Source: Macrostomum hystrix (Eukaryota; Animalia; Platyhelminthes). Taken from it: a stretch of DNA of 64,000 nt. The stretch is from NCBI GenBank assembly GCA_950097015.1, contig CATNEN010000011.1, forward strand, positions 5,704,001-5,768,000. Direction: 5' to 3'. Both the position numbers and the translations under genes were made by a program. Positions 37,868-50,218 of this stretch are shown here, piece after piece. Under the pieces are notes generated by a model. It saw only the letters and a list, made by a program, of their open reading frames with translations, was not told where the DNA came from and did no database searches. The stretch's first letter is position 1, and the number at the start of each line of letters is the position of its first letter.

Positions 37868-39102
37868 TCAGCAATATCCGCCGTAGCCAGAGTCCTTGCA
37901 CACGTGGCTGCAGGGACGATAATCTGAGAACGACGACGCGGCCGAAGCTATTCTGGACGACGAGTAAACCGACTCCAGCTCCTCCAGGGAGGCGCACGAC
38001 GAAGGCGGCGGCGGAGGCGGCATGTTTGACTGCTGCTGCTGCTGGGTGGACAGCTTTGTCGTCCCAGGCATGGAGTTGGGCTCAATAGTTTCCTCGGCAA
38101 CAAGCCAGGGATGAAGCAGCATCTGCTCCAGGCTGGGTCTCTTGGCCGGGTCACACTGCAAGCAGGCGGAGATGAGGTCGCGGCATTCGCTGCTAATCTT
38201 GCGCTTGAACACGGGCGTGCAGTCGCAGATCTGGTCGTCGCGTTCAAACGGTATGTCGCCGCAGACCATGTCAAACAGTAGGATTCCAATTGACCACACC
38301 TCGGCCTGTTTGCCATTGTAGCGGTGCGACCTGATCCATTCTGGCGGGCTGTACACCCGGGTGCCATTGAAGTCAGTGTAGTCGGCCTCTCTAAGCAGGG
38401 CTCCGGAGCCGAAGTCGATTAGGCGTAGAGAGCCGTCTGTCAGGTCGATCAGCAGGTTCTCGTCTTTCACGTCGCGGTGCAGCACGCCGGCGTGATGGCA
38501 GTCAACCAGGGTGTGCAGCAGCTGACGGAGCAGACGCTTAGCCTCGGACTCGTCCAGGTAGCGCTTGTTAGAGATGTAGTCGAACAGGTCCTTGCAGCGG
38601 CGGAGTCTGTGCATTACAACCAGCCACTCGTGCTCGCCCTCAAAGTATTCGACTGGTTGAACAATGCCAGAGACGTTGCGGCACTTGTGCAGCAGCATGA
38701 TTTCGACTGGGACTTGTTTCTCGCAGGGCAGTTTATGCCAGGTCATCTTGCTCTTCTCCATGACCTTAACTACAAATTCGGCGCCGTCGCAACGTCTGGT
38801 GGCATTGTAGACTCGGCCGAAGCCGCCGCGACCGATCTCGGTGCCAACCATGTAGCAGCGGCGGAAGTCCTCCAGACGATGCCACTCCAAGGAATCTGCT
38901 GCCGAATCTGTGGGCAGCGCTGTTGGCGAATGGTCCACCTCTTGTTCCACTTGCTCTTGCCGCTTCGGTACTTCAACTGTCAAAGTATGGGATTGAGCAA
39001 GGATGGGAGATATGTTTTCAGGCAGGCTTGCTTCAAAAGATAAAATTGAGCGTGATTTAACTTACATGAGATAGGCGCAGAGTCCTCGTCATCGGCAAAC
39101 AT
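37868..39102 (-). CDS. PIM: PIM-family Ser/Thr kinase, ~381 aa (an in-frame ATG at 39147 would add 15 aa)
   Basis: Exons 39102-39066 and 38976-37868 (phase 1). GRGGFGRVY, VVK, VPVEIMLL, DLFDYI, HRDVKDENLLID, DFGSG, YTDFNGTRVYSPPEWI and DMVCGDIPFE are PIM signatures. Confidence 0.95.
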
Positions 39103-40906
39103 GTTGGCCAAAGCGCTTTGCATTAGCATTACTTTCCAATTGTTCATTGCTGCTTTTAAATTAAAAAGTAAAAAGCTGAATTTATTTCAATAAAAACTGG
39201 GACACTGCTCCTTATCTGTCTAAAACAAAAGACTTGGCTTTACACGCTCAAGTTGGACGGCGTGAGAGGCGGTGGACACGAGCCAGAAGAAAGCTTTTTA
39301 AGTTTCGTTTCGAGAGACAAGGCTTAGGGCTTCTGCCTTGCGCTTTAATAGAACGAGTGGCTTTCCCGATACCCGACCACCCCTTTTCTCTAGCCCAGTT
39401 TTCATGCGTCAAACGTTATTCTTGCACTCAAAGCAAAACTTTTTAATGACATATTTTTAATTTAAAAAACTGTTGTCTAAAACAATTTAAGTTTTTTGGA
39501 AACAGTTTTTATGTAAAAATTCAAAGCTATTTGGTTAGTATATATTAAACTTAAACTAATATGTGATTGGGATCTACTTCGCTTATTTCTTTTTCCAAGC
39601 GCAGACCCCCGTGTGAAGGGAATCAAATCTAAAAATAGAACGCTGCGAACGACCTTCGCCAATAAGAAGAAATTCGGGGCTTGGATTTCCCAGCACGCGC
39701 TGGGTTGATGACTACGCCCAAAAACCAGTATAGCACTTTCGGAATCCTGCCCCACGTCTGCAAATGCCTCCACCTCCCTAAGTTGTTTACCTTTTCGGAC
39801 GTGAGGGAAATCAAGTCATTTTTGTGCGCGACACCACACCCACACAATATAGATTTTTAACCAAATAGCTTAAAAACAACAACGATTCAAGAAGTGCAGC
39901 CGCACTCTAACTCCGATCATTCATTGCAGTCAGACGATTTTAGTTCTGGCCCTCGGCCAACAAAACCGTGTGGACGGCCTTAAACCCTTTTCAGGTTGGG
40001 GTCCGGGGGTGGGCTTGGGTGGGTGTGGAATTAAAGGACTGGGGAGTGGCCCAAATCCGAATCGATTTTTTCCTCAGTAAGCCTTTTTCTAATCTTGAAA
40101 AGTTTAAGCCGCGCCCGCGGGTTAACTTGGCACTACCCCCACACGAGACAGATAAGCCGCGATCACGCCACTGCCGATTTCGTATTGGCTACGCAACACA
40201 GAGACAGACGGACTTATAAATTTATTTTTTAATTATCCCTTTACTGCCTTGGCTATGCCCTGTTTTTCACTTCGTTTTTATTCCAATAAAATTTCGATTT
40301 AAATATTTCTAGCTAAAATTAACTGAACTATAAAAGTACACGCTTTATAGTTTTCAAAGTTTACCATCGCAGTTCAATTTAAAGTAAAAGTTTCAGCTGT
40401 CTTCTTCTGGACTTGTTCTACATGTAGTTTTAATCTTAAAAGCTACGTCAAAACTACGTTGCCAGACTTCAAACAAGCTAATCAGCGATAAATGCAGACA
40501 TAGTGCAAAAAACTAATTGGGCAGAGTCCAACGGACTTTAATGCTCTTTTTAACAAAAAAAGTCTAGTTTTTCGAATGAAAGTTGAGAGACTTTATAAAT
40601 ACTTTAAAAGTTCGGTCTTAAATTTTCCAAATCAAAATTATCATTTAGAAGCAGCGTGACTGCATGCACTGTTTATTTATTTCATTGTCCAGTGGCTTCA
40701 CTTGCCTGTAGGTCATTGTATTGCGTGTGCTTCTAGCGAGTGATAACACCGTCAGCTATGTACAGAGCAGCAAACCTGGGCAGTGCACAGTCACAAGCTA
40801 GAAGCGTGCTTCTAATTTACCTTCTTTCCGCCTGGGTAGCTAGGCGGGCCAATTCGCATTTTGGCTCTCAAACTCGTCTAATAGTGAAATTCTAATAGGC
40901 TAGGAT

Positions 40907-41988
40907 TAGGGATGCCAACCGGTTTTAAAACCGGTTTAAAAAAACCGGTTTTTAGCAGGAAAACCGGTTCTAAAAAAACCGGTTTTTTTGTCCGGTTTTT
41001 TGACGGTTTTTAATGGGTTTTTTATTTTAATTATGTCTCACAGAGTCACAATTTTTGCACTTTGGAGAAAAAATAACTGGCAACAAAAGTCCTCAACTGC
41101 AACTGCAAGTATGCTCAACTCTGGAGAGTCGCATTGGCCGTGAACTGGAGTTCCTTCGCATTGCGCATCAGCGGGGAACACTGCTGACACAGCTTTTTGA
41201 TAAGCTTCTACTAATTCCGCCAACAAGTGTTGAAGCCGAGCGGTCATTTTCTGCTAGTGGCCTTTTTCTATCAAAGGTCAGGTCCCGCGATTGTCAGACA
41301 GGACACTGTCCCGGCTGATTATGCTTCATCACTATTTTTGAAGTGATTTTTCTGAATTTAGTAAAGAGTAAAGACTATATTTATGCAGTGTTGGGCATTG
41401 TTAGATTTTTTTAACTTCGTTAAGTTAATAAGCGTTAACAAAAAACTTTAACTTTAACTTCAACTTTAGTTAACTTTAAAAAAAATAAATTTAACTTCGT
41501 TAATAAAAGTTAAAAGTTAAATTTACTCAAATTTTGTCCTGAATATATTAAGCTGCACCATAGTACCCGTATTTTCCATTTGCCCTTTCATACTGGTTCT
41601 GATTCCTGAATTGGAATAACTCTGCTTCTGGAACTTATCGTGAACTTTCTCGTGAAAAGGCTCATAGTCATTGATAGTTATTAACGCTTATTAACTTTTT
41701 AACGGACCATTATTTAGACCGAATTAGAATTCGCTAATTCTGTTGCGCCCAAATTTTGGCAGCCATTTTTGTACAATTTTATTTGTCATTAATAAATAAG
41801 TGAAATCGAAGTTTATTTTCTGTTAAAATTAGTAATATCTATGTGTATCTATCTATCTTCTATGCGTATTTAGTGCTTTTTTAAAAACTTGGCACACAAA
41901 CCGGTTTTTAAAAACCGGTTTTCTTATAAAAGGCGGTTTTCAAACCGGTTAACCGGTTTTCAAAAAGGGCCGGTTTTTGGCATCTCTA
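40907..41988 (+). mobile_element. Non-autonomous hAT (Ac-like) deletion derivative, 1082 bp
   Basis: TIRs TAGGGATGCCAA / TTGGCATCTCTA; perfect 8-bp TSD GCTAGGAT (40899-40906 and 41989-41996); clustered subterminal AACCGGTT motifs at both ends; internal remnant LLIPPTSVEAERSFSASGLFLSKVRSR resembles the hAT C-terminal dimerisation domain. Confidence 0.92.
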
Positions 41989-43537
41989 GCTAGGATAGTC
42001 AAAGAACTCAAGCCGAGTAGAGGGTGAAGGTCGAACACAGGTGAGGGTGCGCCTGGAGCTCTTGCTTTTGCGGCATTTCGTGTCCCTTGGCTTCTAATTC
42101 TCTCGGGCAGCAATCCCTCCTCCACTTTTTTTCGAAAGGCAGCAATTACAGTAATTAAGCGTAAATGATAGCTTCTGGTACCCGTTGCGTGTGATGTCCC
42201 AGGTCATATTACTAGCTTTCGGTATCCCAAACGCCCACGTAATTCAAGATCTCTGCTTTGAGGGTTTCCTTCCTCATTCCCACGCATTCTGTTCCTGATC
42301 ACAGGTCTCATTATCTCAGAGATCGGTTTTAATTAAAATGTATGGCCAATCCCTAGTTCTTACTCGATCTCGCGCGCGTTGCTCATGGCAACTAAATTAA
42401 ATTAAAACATTGCCTTTTTCTGCCGCAATTCCTCCTGGGAAATCCTTCTCCGATTCCACACGTCATGCAAGGCCAAGTATTAGCATTCTGATTGGCTGTG
42501 AAAATTATCCCTTCTCGGAAAACTATTTTATTTCGGGAGACTGCACAATTAAATTGATCAATAATTATCGATTTTCGACTTTACTGCTCAACAATGATAC
42601 TCACGATGATAAACTGATACTTAAGCCACTAAAATGAGACAATCTGAAGTAAAAACACTACCCTCGACCTTCCAGCGATAGCCAGGGTCACTGTGCGCGA
42701 GTGTCTCCATGACCGACCTTAGCTTAACACCCCACCATGCATTTGTTGCATAATGATTTCCAAAACACGGCCCGACATTGTATGTACCGCGATGCTGTTC
42801 CAATTGGAATCTTCCGGGTTTTTTTAAGTGACCGAGTGCAAGTCATAACCTGTCCTATTGACTGCAGGTGAAGGGAACCGCCTGTTTTCAGTTTGTTCTG
42901 GTTTACCTGGTGACAGACAGAGATGTGACCCTTGGAATTGCAAATTAATCTGGTTGACTTGTTCGCCGTTCTGGCTTTATAAACTTAGGCATTTTTAGTG
43001 CCAGAATTCGTATTAGAACCTTGCTATGAACCCGCGAGACACTGCAGCTTAAAATGGCCTCTATGCAATGCGCACAGCCTATCCTCAGTTATAAAGTTTG
43101 CCTCGCACTTGGCTGCTTGACCTCGAATTCAATTTTAGGTATACGCATTGAAGCGTTCACTACTACTAATATAGTTGAAGTATAGTAGTATGTATCATTT
43201 TTAGTATTTTTCTGGATTTTAACTACTCCAGCACAGTCTAATTAGTAGTAAAATCCAAAGCAAAACATGCGAATTTTTCTATGAAGTCCACGCGAAGCTA
43301 CTTTTCTACGACTATAAGCTAGTTTTATTCACTTAAGATAACAGACAATGCAACAGACAGGTTGCTTTTGGAAGCTCAGATAACGCATGCCGGGGCACGT
43401 TTTTTAAACAGGTACTTTTTTATTGCTGATTATAAGTCTCTCTCGTTTGAGCATTGCTCAGAAGAATGCTTTAAAAACATTACTGTACGGTATTCCATTT
43501 CGGTTGACATATGCTGACATGCTGACATACTTAAAAG

Positions 43538-44830
43538 CAACTCTCACTGCAACTCTCACTGCAACTCTCTCACTGCAACTCTCACTGCAACTCTCACTGC
43601 AACTCTCACTGCAACTCTCACTGCAACTCTCACTGCAACTCTCACTGCAACTCTCACTGCAACTCTCACTGCAACTCTCACTGCAACTCTCACTGCAACT
43701 CTCTCACTGCAACTCTCACTGCAACTCTCTCACTGCAACTCTCACTGCAACTCTCTCACTGCAACTCTCTCACTGCAACTCTTTCACTGCAACTCTCTCA
43801 CACTGCAACTCTCTCACTGCAACTCTCACTGCAACTCTCACTGCAACTCTCACTGCAACTCTCACTGCAACTCTCTCACTGCAACTCTCACTGCAACTCG
43901 CTCACTGCAACTCTCACTGCAACTCTCACTGCAACTCTCACTGCAACTCTCTCACTGCAACTCTCACTGCAACTCTCACTGCAACTCTCTCACTGCAACT
44001 CTCACTGCAACTGTCACTGCAACTCTCACTGCAACTCTCACTGCAACTCTCACTGCAACTCTCTCACTGCAACTCTCTCACTGCAACTCTCACTGCAACT
44101 CTCACTGCAACTCTCACTGCAACTCTCTCACTGCAACTCTCTCACTGCCACTCTCACTGCAACTCTCACTGCAACTCTCACTGCAACTCTTACTGCAACT
44201 CTCACTGCAACTCTCACTGCAGCTCTCTCACTGCAACTCTCTCACTGCAACTCTCACTGCAACTCTCACTGCAGCTCTCTCACTGCAACTCTCTCACTGC
44301 AACTCTCACTGCAACTCTCACTGCAACTCTCTCACTGCAACTCTCTCACTGTATCTAATCTCTCTCACTGCAACTCTCACTGCAACTCTCTCACTGCAAC
44401 TTCACTGCAACTCTCTCACTGCAACTCTCTCACTGCAGCTCTCACTGCAACTCTCTCACTGCAACTCTCACTGCAACTCTCACTGCAACTCTCACTGCAA
44501 CTCTCACTGCAACTCTCTCACTGCAACTCTCTCACTGCAACTCTCACTGCAACTCTCACTGCAACTCTCACTGCAACTCTCACTGCAACTCTCACTGCAA
44601 CTCTCTCACTGCAACTCTCTCACTGCAACTCTCTCACTGCAACTCTCTCACTGCAACTCTCACTGCAACTCTCTCACTGCAACTTCACTGCAACTCTCTC
44701 ACTGCAACTCTCTCACTGCAGCTCTCACTGCAACTCTCTCACTGCAACTCTCACTGCAACTCTCACTGCAACTCTCACTGCAACTCTCACTGCAACTCTC
44801 TCACTGCAACTCTCTCACTGCAACTCTCTT
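43538..44830. repeat. Minisatellite, 12/14-bp unit ACTGCAACTCTC(TC)
   Basis: Tandem repetition upstream of the RhoGEF. Confidence 0.95.
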
Positions 44831-45283
44831 AAGTAGCCACAGGTGAGGCAATTTAGGTAATTGTCAAATTAGGCTTGAAGGCAAACAGGAAACTCGCATA
44901 ATACTTAAATTAGCATAATTAATGCGCTCAGCACAGCACCTCTCTCGGTATTATACAAGCTTCAGGCATGGCTTGCTGACTCAACCGCTAAAACCGCCCG
45001 TTCGGAGCCATTTCGCGCACTCGGCTTATTGAACGAATAGGGAAATAAATTCTCAGCTTATTCTGCCAGTGGTTCTGCCTTTGGTGTGCGGTATACAAAA
45101 CATGAGAGAGAGGGAGAGAGAGGGTGAGTTTCAGAGCCCTCACTGACCAATTCCAGCCACTCGCGTTCTGTGAATATTCTTTCTACAGTTTCTAGCGCCA
45201 GGCCTGACAAGAAAAAGTAAAACCTATAGGGCATATAATGTGATTTTAGAAAGAAATAGAAACAAACAAATCGAGATTCCATC

Positions 45284-48200
45284 ATGCCTGATGAGCGTAC
45301 AATAGTTGTCAGCATGCAGCAAGACGTAGTTTACACTGAGTTGGACAGTGTGATTCAGGAGATTCTGTACACCGAGCGCTCCTATGTGGCAGATCTTACC
45401 AGTCTCGTCATGGTGAGTCAGTCCTCGTATTACTTGTCGTTTATTGGGAGACAAGTGTGTCCGATCTATTAAAGAGTCTAATCTCAGTGTCTAATCCCAG
45501 TGTCTAATCTCAGTGTCCAATCTCAGTGTCCAATCTCAGTGTCTAATCTCAGTGTCTAATCTCTGTGTCTAATCTCAGTGTCTTATCTCAGTGTCTAATC
45601 TCAGTGTCTAATCTCAGTGTCCAATCTCAGTGTCCAATCTCAGTGTCCAATCTCAGTGTCTAATCTCAGTGTCCAATCTCAGTGTCCAATCTCAGTGTCT
45701 AATCTCAGTGTCTAATCTCTGTGTCTAATCTCAGTGTCTAATCTCAGTGTCTTATCTTAGTGTCTAATCTCAGTGTCCAATCTCAGTGTCTAATCTCAGT
45801 GTCTTATCTCAGTATCTAATCTCAGTGCCCAATCTCAGTGTCCAATCTCAGTGTCCAATCTCAGTGTCTAATCTTGAGCAGAGTCCAATCTCGGTGTCTA
45901 ATCTTAGTATCCAATCTCAGAGTGTCCAATCTCAGAGTCCAATCTCAGTGTCCAATCTCAGTGTCCAATCTCAGTGTCCAATCTCAGTGTCCAATCTCAG
46001 TGTCCAATCTCAGTGTCCAATCTCAGTGTCCAATCTCAGTGTCTAATCTCAGTGTCTAATCTCAGTGTCTAATCTCAGAGTCCAATCTCAGTGTCCAATC
46101 TCAGTGTCCAATCTCAGAGTCCAATCTCAGTGTCCAATCTCAGTGTCCAATCTCAGTGTCCAATCTCAGTGTCCAATCTCAGTGTCCAATCTCAGTGTCC
46201 AATCTCAGTGTCCAATCTCAGTGTCCAATCTCAGTGTCCAATCTCAGTGTCCAATCTCAGTGTCTAATCTCAGTGTCTAATCTCAGTATCTAATATCAGT
46301 GTCCAATCTCAGTGTCCAATCTCAGTGTCCAATCTCAGTATCCAATCTCAGTATCCAATCTCAGTGTCCAATCTCAGTGTCCAATCTCAGTGTCCAATCT
46401 CAGAGTCCAATCTCAGTGTCCAATCTCAGTGTCCAATCTCAGAGTCCAATCTCAGTGTCCAATCTCAGTGTCCAATCTCAGCGTCTAATCTTAAACAGAG
46501 TCCAATCTCGGTGTCTAATTTTGAGCAGAGTCCAATCTCGTTGTCTAATCTTAGTATCCAATCTCAGAGTGTCCAATCTCAGAATCCAATCTCAGAGTGT
46601 CCAATCTCAGAGTCCAATCTCATAGTGTCTCGTCCTGATTGCCAGGCGGATCTCGGTGACGACTGTCCGCTGCGGTTTCCACTTCTGCGGCTTCAGCGGT
46701 TGCACATGAAGCTGTTGGCATCGCTGGAGGCGGCCAACGGATCCTTGGGTGCGCTCTGCCAGGCCTTTCTCGACTGCGACTTCCGCGTCTACGCCGAGTA
46801 CTGCGCCAGTTTTCCTGGGTGAGTTTAGCCGACTTGATTTTTTTAAATTTCTAATGGCTCCTAAATATTCTTCAGTCTGTTGCTATTTTAGCTACTGTTC
46901 ATCATCCTAGTTAGTAGTATAAGGAAGACAGATTTCAATTGCGCACGCCAAATGTCCTGACCATTCCAGCGCCCTTGAATGGCTGCGTCAAGTCAGAGCT
47001 GCCACTGCCTCACCAAGGCTGCATAGAAATCTGCACCAGCATCAGCACATGCCACAGCAACATCAGCAGCAGCAGCAGGCCCTGGTGATGCTGCACCTGC
47101 GTCTGCCGCTCGAGGCTCATCTCCTTCAGCCAGTTCAGCGCATCGCTCGCTATCCGCTGCTTCTCAGACGCCTGACCGCTGCAGCCGACGGGGACGAAGC
47201 TCGACCCTCCGCAGCCCGAGCCGCCGCCCGAATGGCCGAAGCAGCCGCCGAGACAGACGAACGCCAGCGAAGGCAACAGCAGGCCGAGCGATTGCTGCGC
47301 GCGGCCGCAGCGTCGTCTTCAACCTCCGAGGCGCCGACGTTCACGCCTGGTGGTTTGCGAACGACACCAGCTTCGGTCCGGTGGCCAGGCCCGCTGCTTC
47401 TGGAAGCCAGCTTTCGAATCCTGGGACACCGAAATCCTCGAAGAGTCCTCTTGTTTGGCCGGGCCGTCCTGCTGACAAAATGTCGCAATGGGAATTCAGC
47501 AGCATCCGCGGGCGCAGACGGGGAACTGTCCCTGCGGGCCGTGTTCTGGTGCGACCGTTTGGCACTCATCGACTCGATGCCACGCGAGCCGCTGGCCTTT
47601 CGCCTGCTGGCACTGGATAAGCCCCCGGCTGAGGCAGCTTCGGCAACATTTCGCGCCGAATCGCTCAGTCAGAAGCGGCTCTGGTGCGGCGAACTGCGGC
47701 GCATCATTCTGGAGGCAATTAGCGGCGTCGGCGGCAGCGGCGGCGGCGGTGGTGGAGGCGGTGTTGGAGGCGTTTGTGGAGGCGCATTTGAACCTATCAG
47801 TGAATCTTCTATGGACTTAGCTTCTAGACGGCGTAACTTGTCGTTGCCTCGCCGAAGTCGATCTGACGCAGGAAATCATCGAGGCAGACGTCCCGGACGG
47901 CCATTCGAGCCCTGTCTAGCGGCGTACGCCCAGCAGCTTCGAGTTCAGGAAGTCATCACGGAGGACGACGTTCAGCCTCTGCTCACAGCTCTCTGGGGCC
48001 TCGACGCCAGCATTGGAAGCAGCGGAGCTGGCGGCGGTGGCAGTTTTAAGAGGCGAGACTCCCTGATAGCCGCTTCCAACTTGGTCGGTTCATTGCTTCG
48101 CCGGCGCGGCAGTGGATGTTCGCTGACATCGTCGCCCCGACTGCTTCGGCGGCGAGCAACTGAGAGGGTAGAAAAGTCAGAGAAGGCCTCTTTAAAAACC

Positions 48201-48575
48201 CCACCGGCTGCGGCTTCTTTGACAGAGGATCAAGTTGAAGAGGCATCGGAGCCCGTCAAATTGCGAGGGTCTCGACGGTCATTGCAGCAGCAACATCAGC
48301 AACCACCTCCGCCAATACTTCCAGAGGGTCTGGCCAGCCTGATAGAGTCCCTACCCTTTGCTGACGCCGACGAGCGAGCCCGGCTGTCCATGGCGGCGGC
48401 TGCGGTGGCAGCAGCGGCAGTCGCCGACGATAAAGAGTGGCGCAACACGAAGGACTGGTCAGCTGAAAATGTTTTCTGGAAGAGGGCATTGCTTGACTCG
48501 GCACAGACTGGCGGAGTAGCGGGAGAGAGTCTCCCGGTTGCTAGGCAACCAAAGTCAATGCAGACTCATTTGTGA
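45284..48575 (+). CDS. DH-PH Rho guanine nucleotide exchange factor, PLEKHG1/2/3-like, divergent, ~635 aa
   Basis: Exons 45284-45412, 46646-46818, 46970-48575 (phases 0 and 2). DH: VIQEILYTERSYVADL, DFRVYAEYC, LPLEAHLLQPVQRIARYPLLL. PH: LLLEASFRI..RRVLLFGRAVLLTK..EPLAF..QKRLWCGELRRIILE. Confidence 0.85.
45478..46625. repeat. Intronic minisatellite, 13-bp unit TC(C/T)AATCTCAGTG
   Basis: Fills RhoGEF intron 45413-46645. Confidence 0.95.
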
Positions 48576-49260
48576 TGCGGTGGCATGTATAGCTCGTATT
48601 TCAGGCACCTTTGGAGTACAAGTTTATTTAATTAATTGTAAATCTGGCTTGAATGATTATTTTATACAAATAATTATTTCTTAACTATTTACGCAACCGA
48701 ACGAAGCAGTTTTTGTTAGAAGTTCGAAAAGGCTTGAAAAACTTGACCAGAGCAAAGTGATTAAATTTTATTGATTCCAATGTGATTAAATCTCCAAATG
48801 ACTTGTCAATTTTGTAAGCTTTTTTGCCCATCATAATATGTTTTTTGAGACACGGTGCTATTACAGTCAATTAGCAAATCGTGTGATTATTGTTAGTATC
48901 ACACCTCCCATTGTTCAACACCTCCTTTATCTCACACAAAGCCATTGATATCTTATCTCCATTGAATGCTATCTCCGGGATACTGATTGCATCATTTTAT
49001 TACCTTGATATTTCATTCTTTGCCCTAGATATCTCACACGTTCATGTTGATATCTCATGCTACGAGCGCATTCTCTTGATATCCTATATCCAACTATAAT
49101 GCTGACAATGCAGAAAGCTTCGCAACAGACAAAATATTATAATTATACACAGAATTAATTATCAAACTGTTAAAACTATCGCTTACTACATTTAGAATAC
49201 TGCTTAGATCACAAAGATTAGAAAGTTAATGCACGAAGCCGATTGAAGAGTTCATTAGCG

Positions 49261-49333
49261 TTAGAACTTAACGTCGGAGGAGTTCTTGGGCAAACTTAAG
49301 TTTTGTCGCGATGGCGCGGCCTCTGAAGCTTTG

Positions 49334-49375
<42 letters not shown>

Positions 49376-50218
49376 CGCTGCTGCTGCTGCTGCCGCTCAT
49401 GCTGCTGTTGCTGCTGCTGCTCATGCTGCTGCTGCCGCTGCTGCTGCTGCTGCCGCTCATGCTGCTGCTGCCGCTCATGCTGCTGCTGCTGCTCATGCTG
49501 CTGCTGCTGCTGCTGCTGGTTAAGATCCTGTCTGAGCTGAAGCAAACCAACAGCAAGTTGCTGCAATCGACGAGTAAGTAGGCAGTTCTGCTCGCTCAAA
49601 TGTAGCTGCAAAACAATAGGAAGGCTTTACAGTCCATGGACTGGGGGCCGCCATAAATAAATAATAATTAATATGTACGCGCAATGGCAGGTCATTTGGT
49701 GACACTAGACCCGCAGCCAGTGAGGAGGCAAATCTGCCCATTTCGCTGACTCCTGAGAACACGCTCACACAGGTGTGTACATCTGCCCTGACTTTCTCAT
49801 CGTCAGGCAGTGTACACTCTCACTGTGCCTTGGAGGTCGGCCCTCAATGGCGTAAATTGTAGTACAAATGAATGTGGCCTCGCCTTGGCCACCTTTCCCA
49901 CTGCGGGGGGCCGCTACACCCAGTCAAATTTCTGCCCAAGCTGATGTTAGCTTACCATATCGGCTTGAAGTTCGCCCATTCTATCTAGCTTGTGATCAGC
50001 CTCCTTAACCTGATGCTGCTGCTGCTGCTTAGCGCTGGCGGTGTGTCGCCGTCTGCGCTTTTGCAGCTGTTTGTCCAAGTTCACAACTAGTTGTCCCCAT
50101 TCAAGCACGTCAGCGGAAGTTGATGATTGAGTTTGGCCAGGCTGAGTCGGCGCCATGCTCTGACGATTGTGCCTGACGGAGGACATGGCCTGTGTAATAG
50201 ACACTTCTAATTGCACTG
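49261..50218 (-). CDS. Two coding exons for a coiled-coil/polyQ segment; either the 3' end of the membrane-protein gene or a separate small gene
   Basis: Exon 50218-49956 (good pyrimidine tract plus CAG, donor GTAAGC) joins in phase 0 to 49605-49261, which has about 60 CAG-rich Gln/His/Glu codons and a stop. Upstream linkage is unresolved; there is an internal ATG at 50186. Confidence 0.55.
49652..49889 (-). mobile_element. Partial SINE family B copy in an intron
   Basis: Shares GTGACACTAGACCCGCAGCCAG..ACAGGTGTGTACATCTGCCCTGACTTTCTCATCGTC with 63115-63470. Confidence 0.8.

Noticed and set aside
39477-39773. Minus-strand ORF faintly like a hAT dimerisation domain (WEIQAPNFFLLAKVVRSVL..IP)
   Set aside because: Lacks the SERxFS motif; no TIR or TSD found; similarity too weak by eye.
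45058-45315. Protein-like minus-strand ORF (LALETVERIFTEREWLELVSEG)
   Set aside because: Antisense to plausible 5' UTR exons of the RhoGEF; no recognisable motif or partner exons.
48576-49260. Overlapping 3' UTRs of the convergent genes
   Set aside because: A nearer minus-strand AATAAA (49001-48996) would end the minus transcript before the plus-strand ATTAAA sites near 48760-48790, so overlap is not required.
49286-49581. Poly-Cys, poly-Ala, poly-Leu and poly-Ser ORFs
   Set aside because: Alternative frames and antisense of the CAG-rich polyQ exon.
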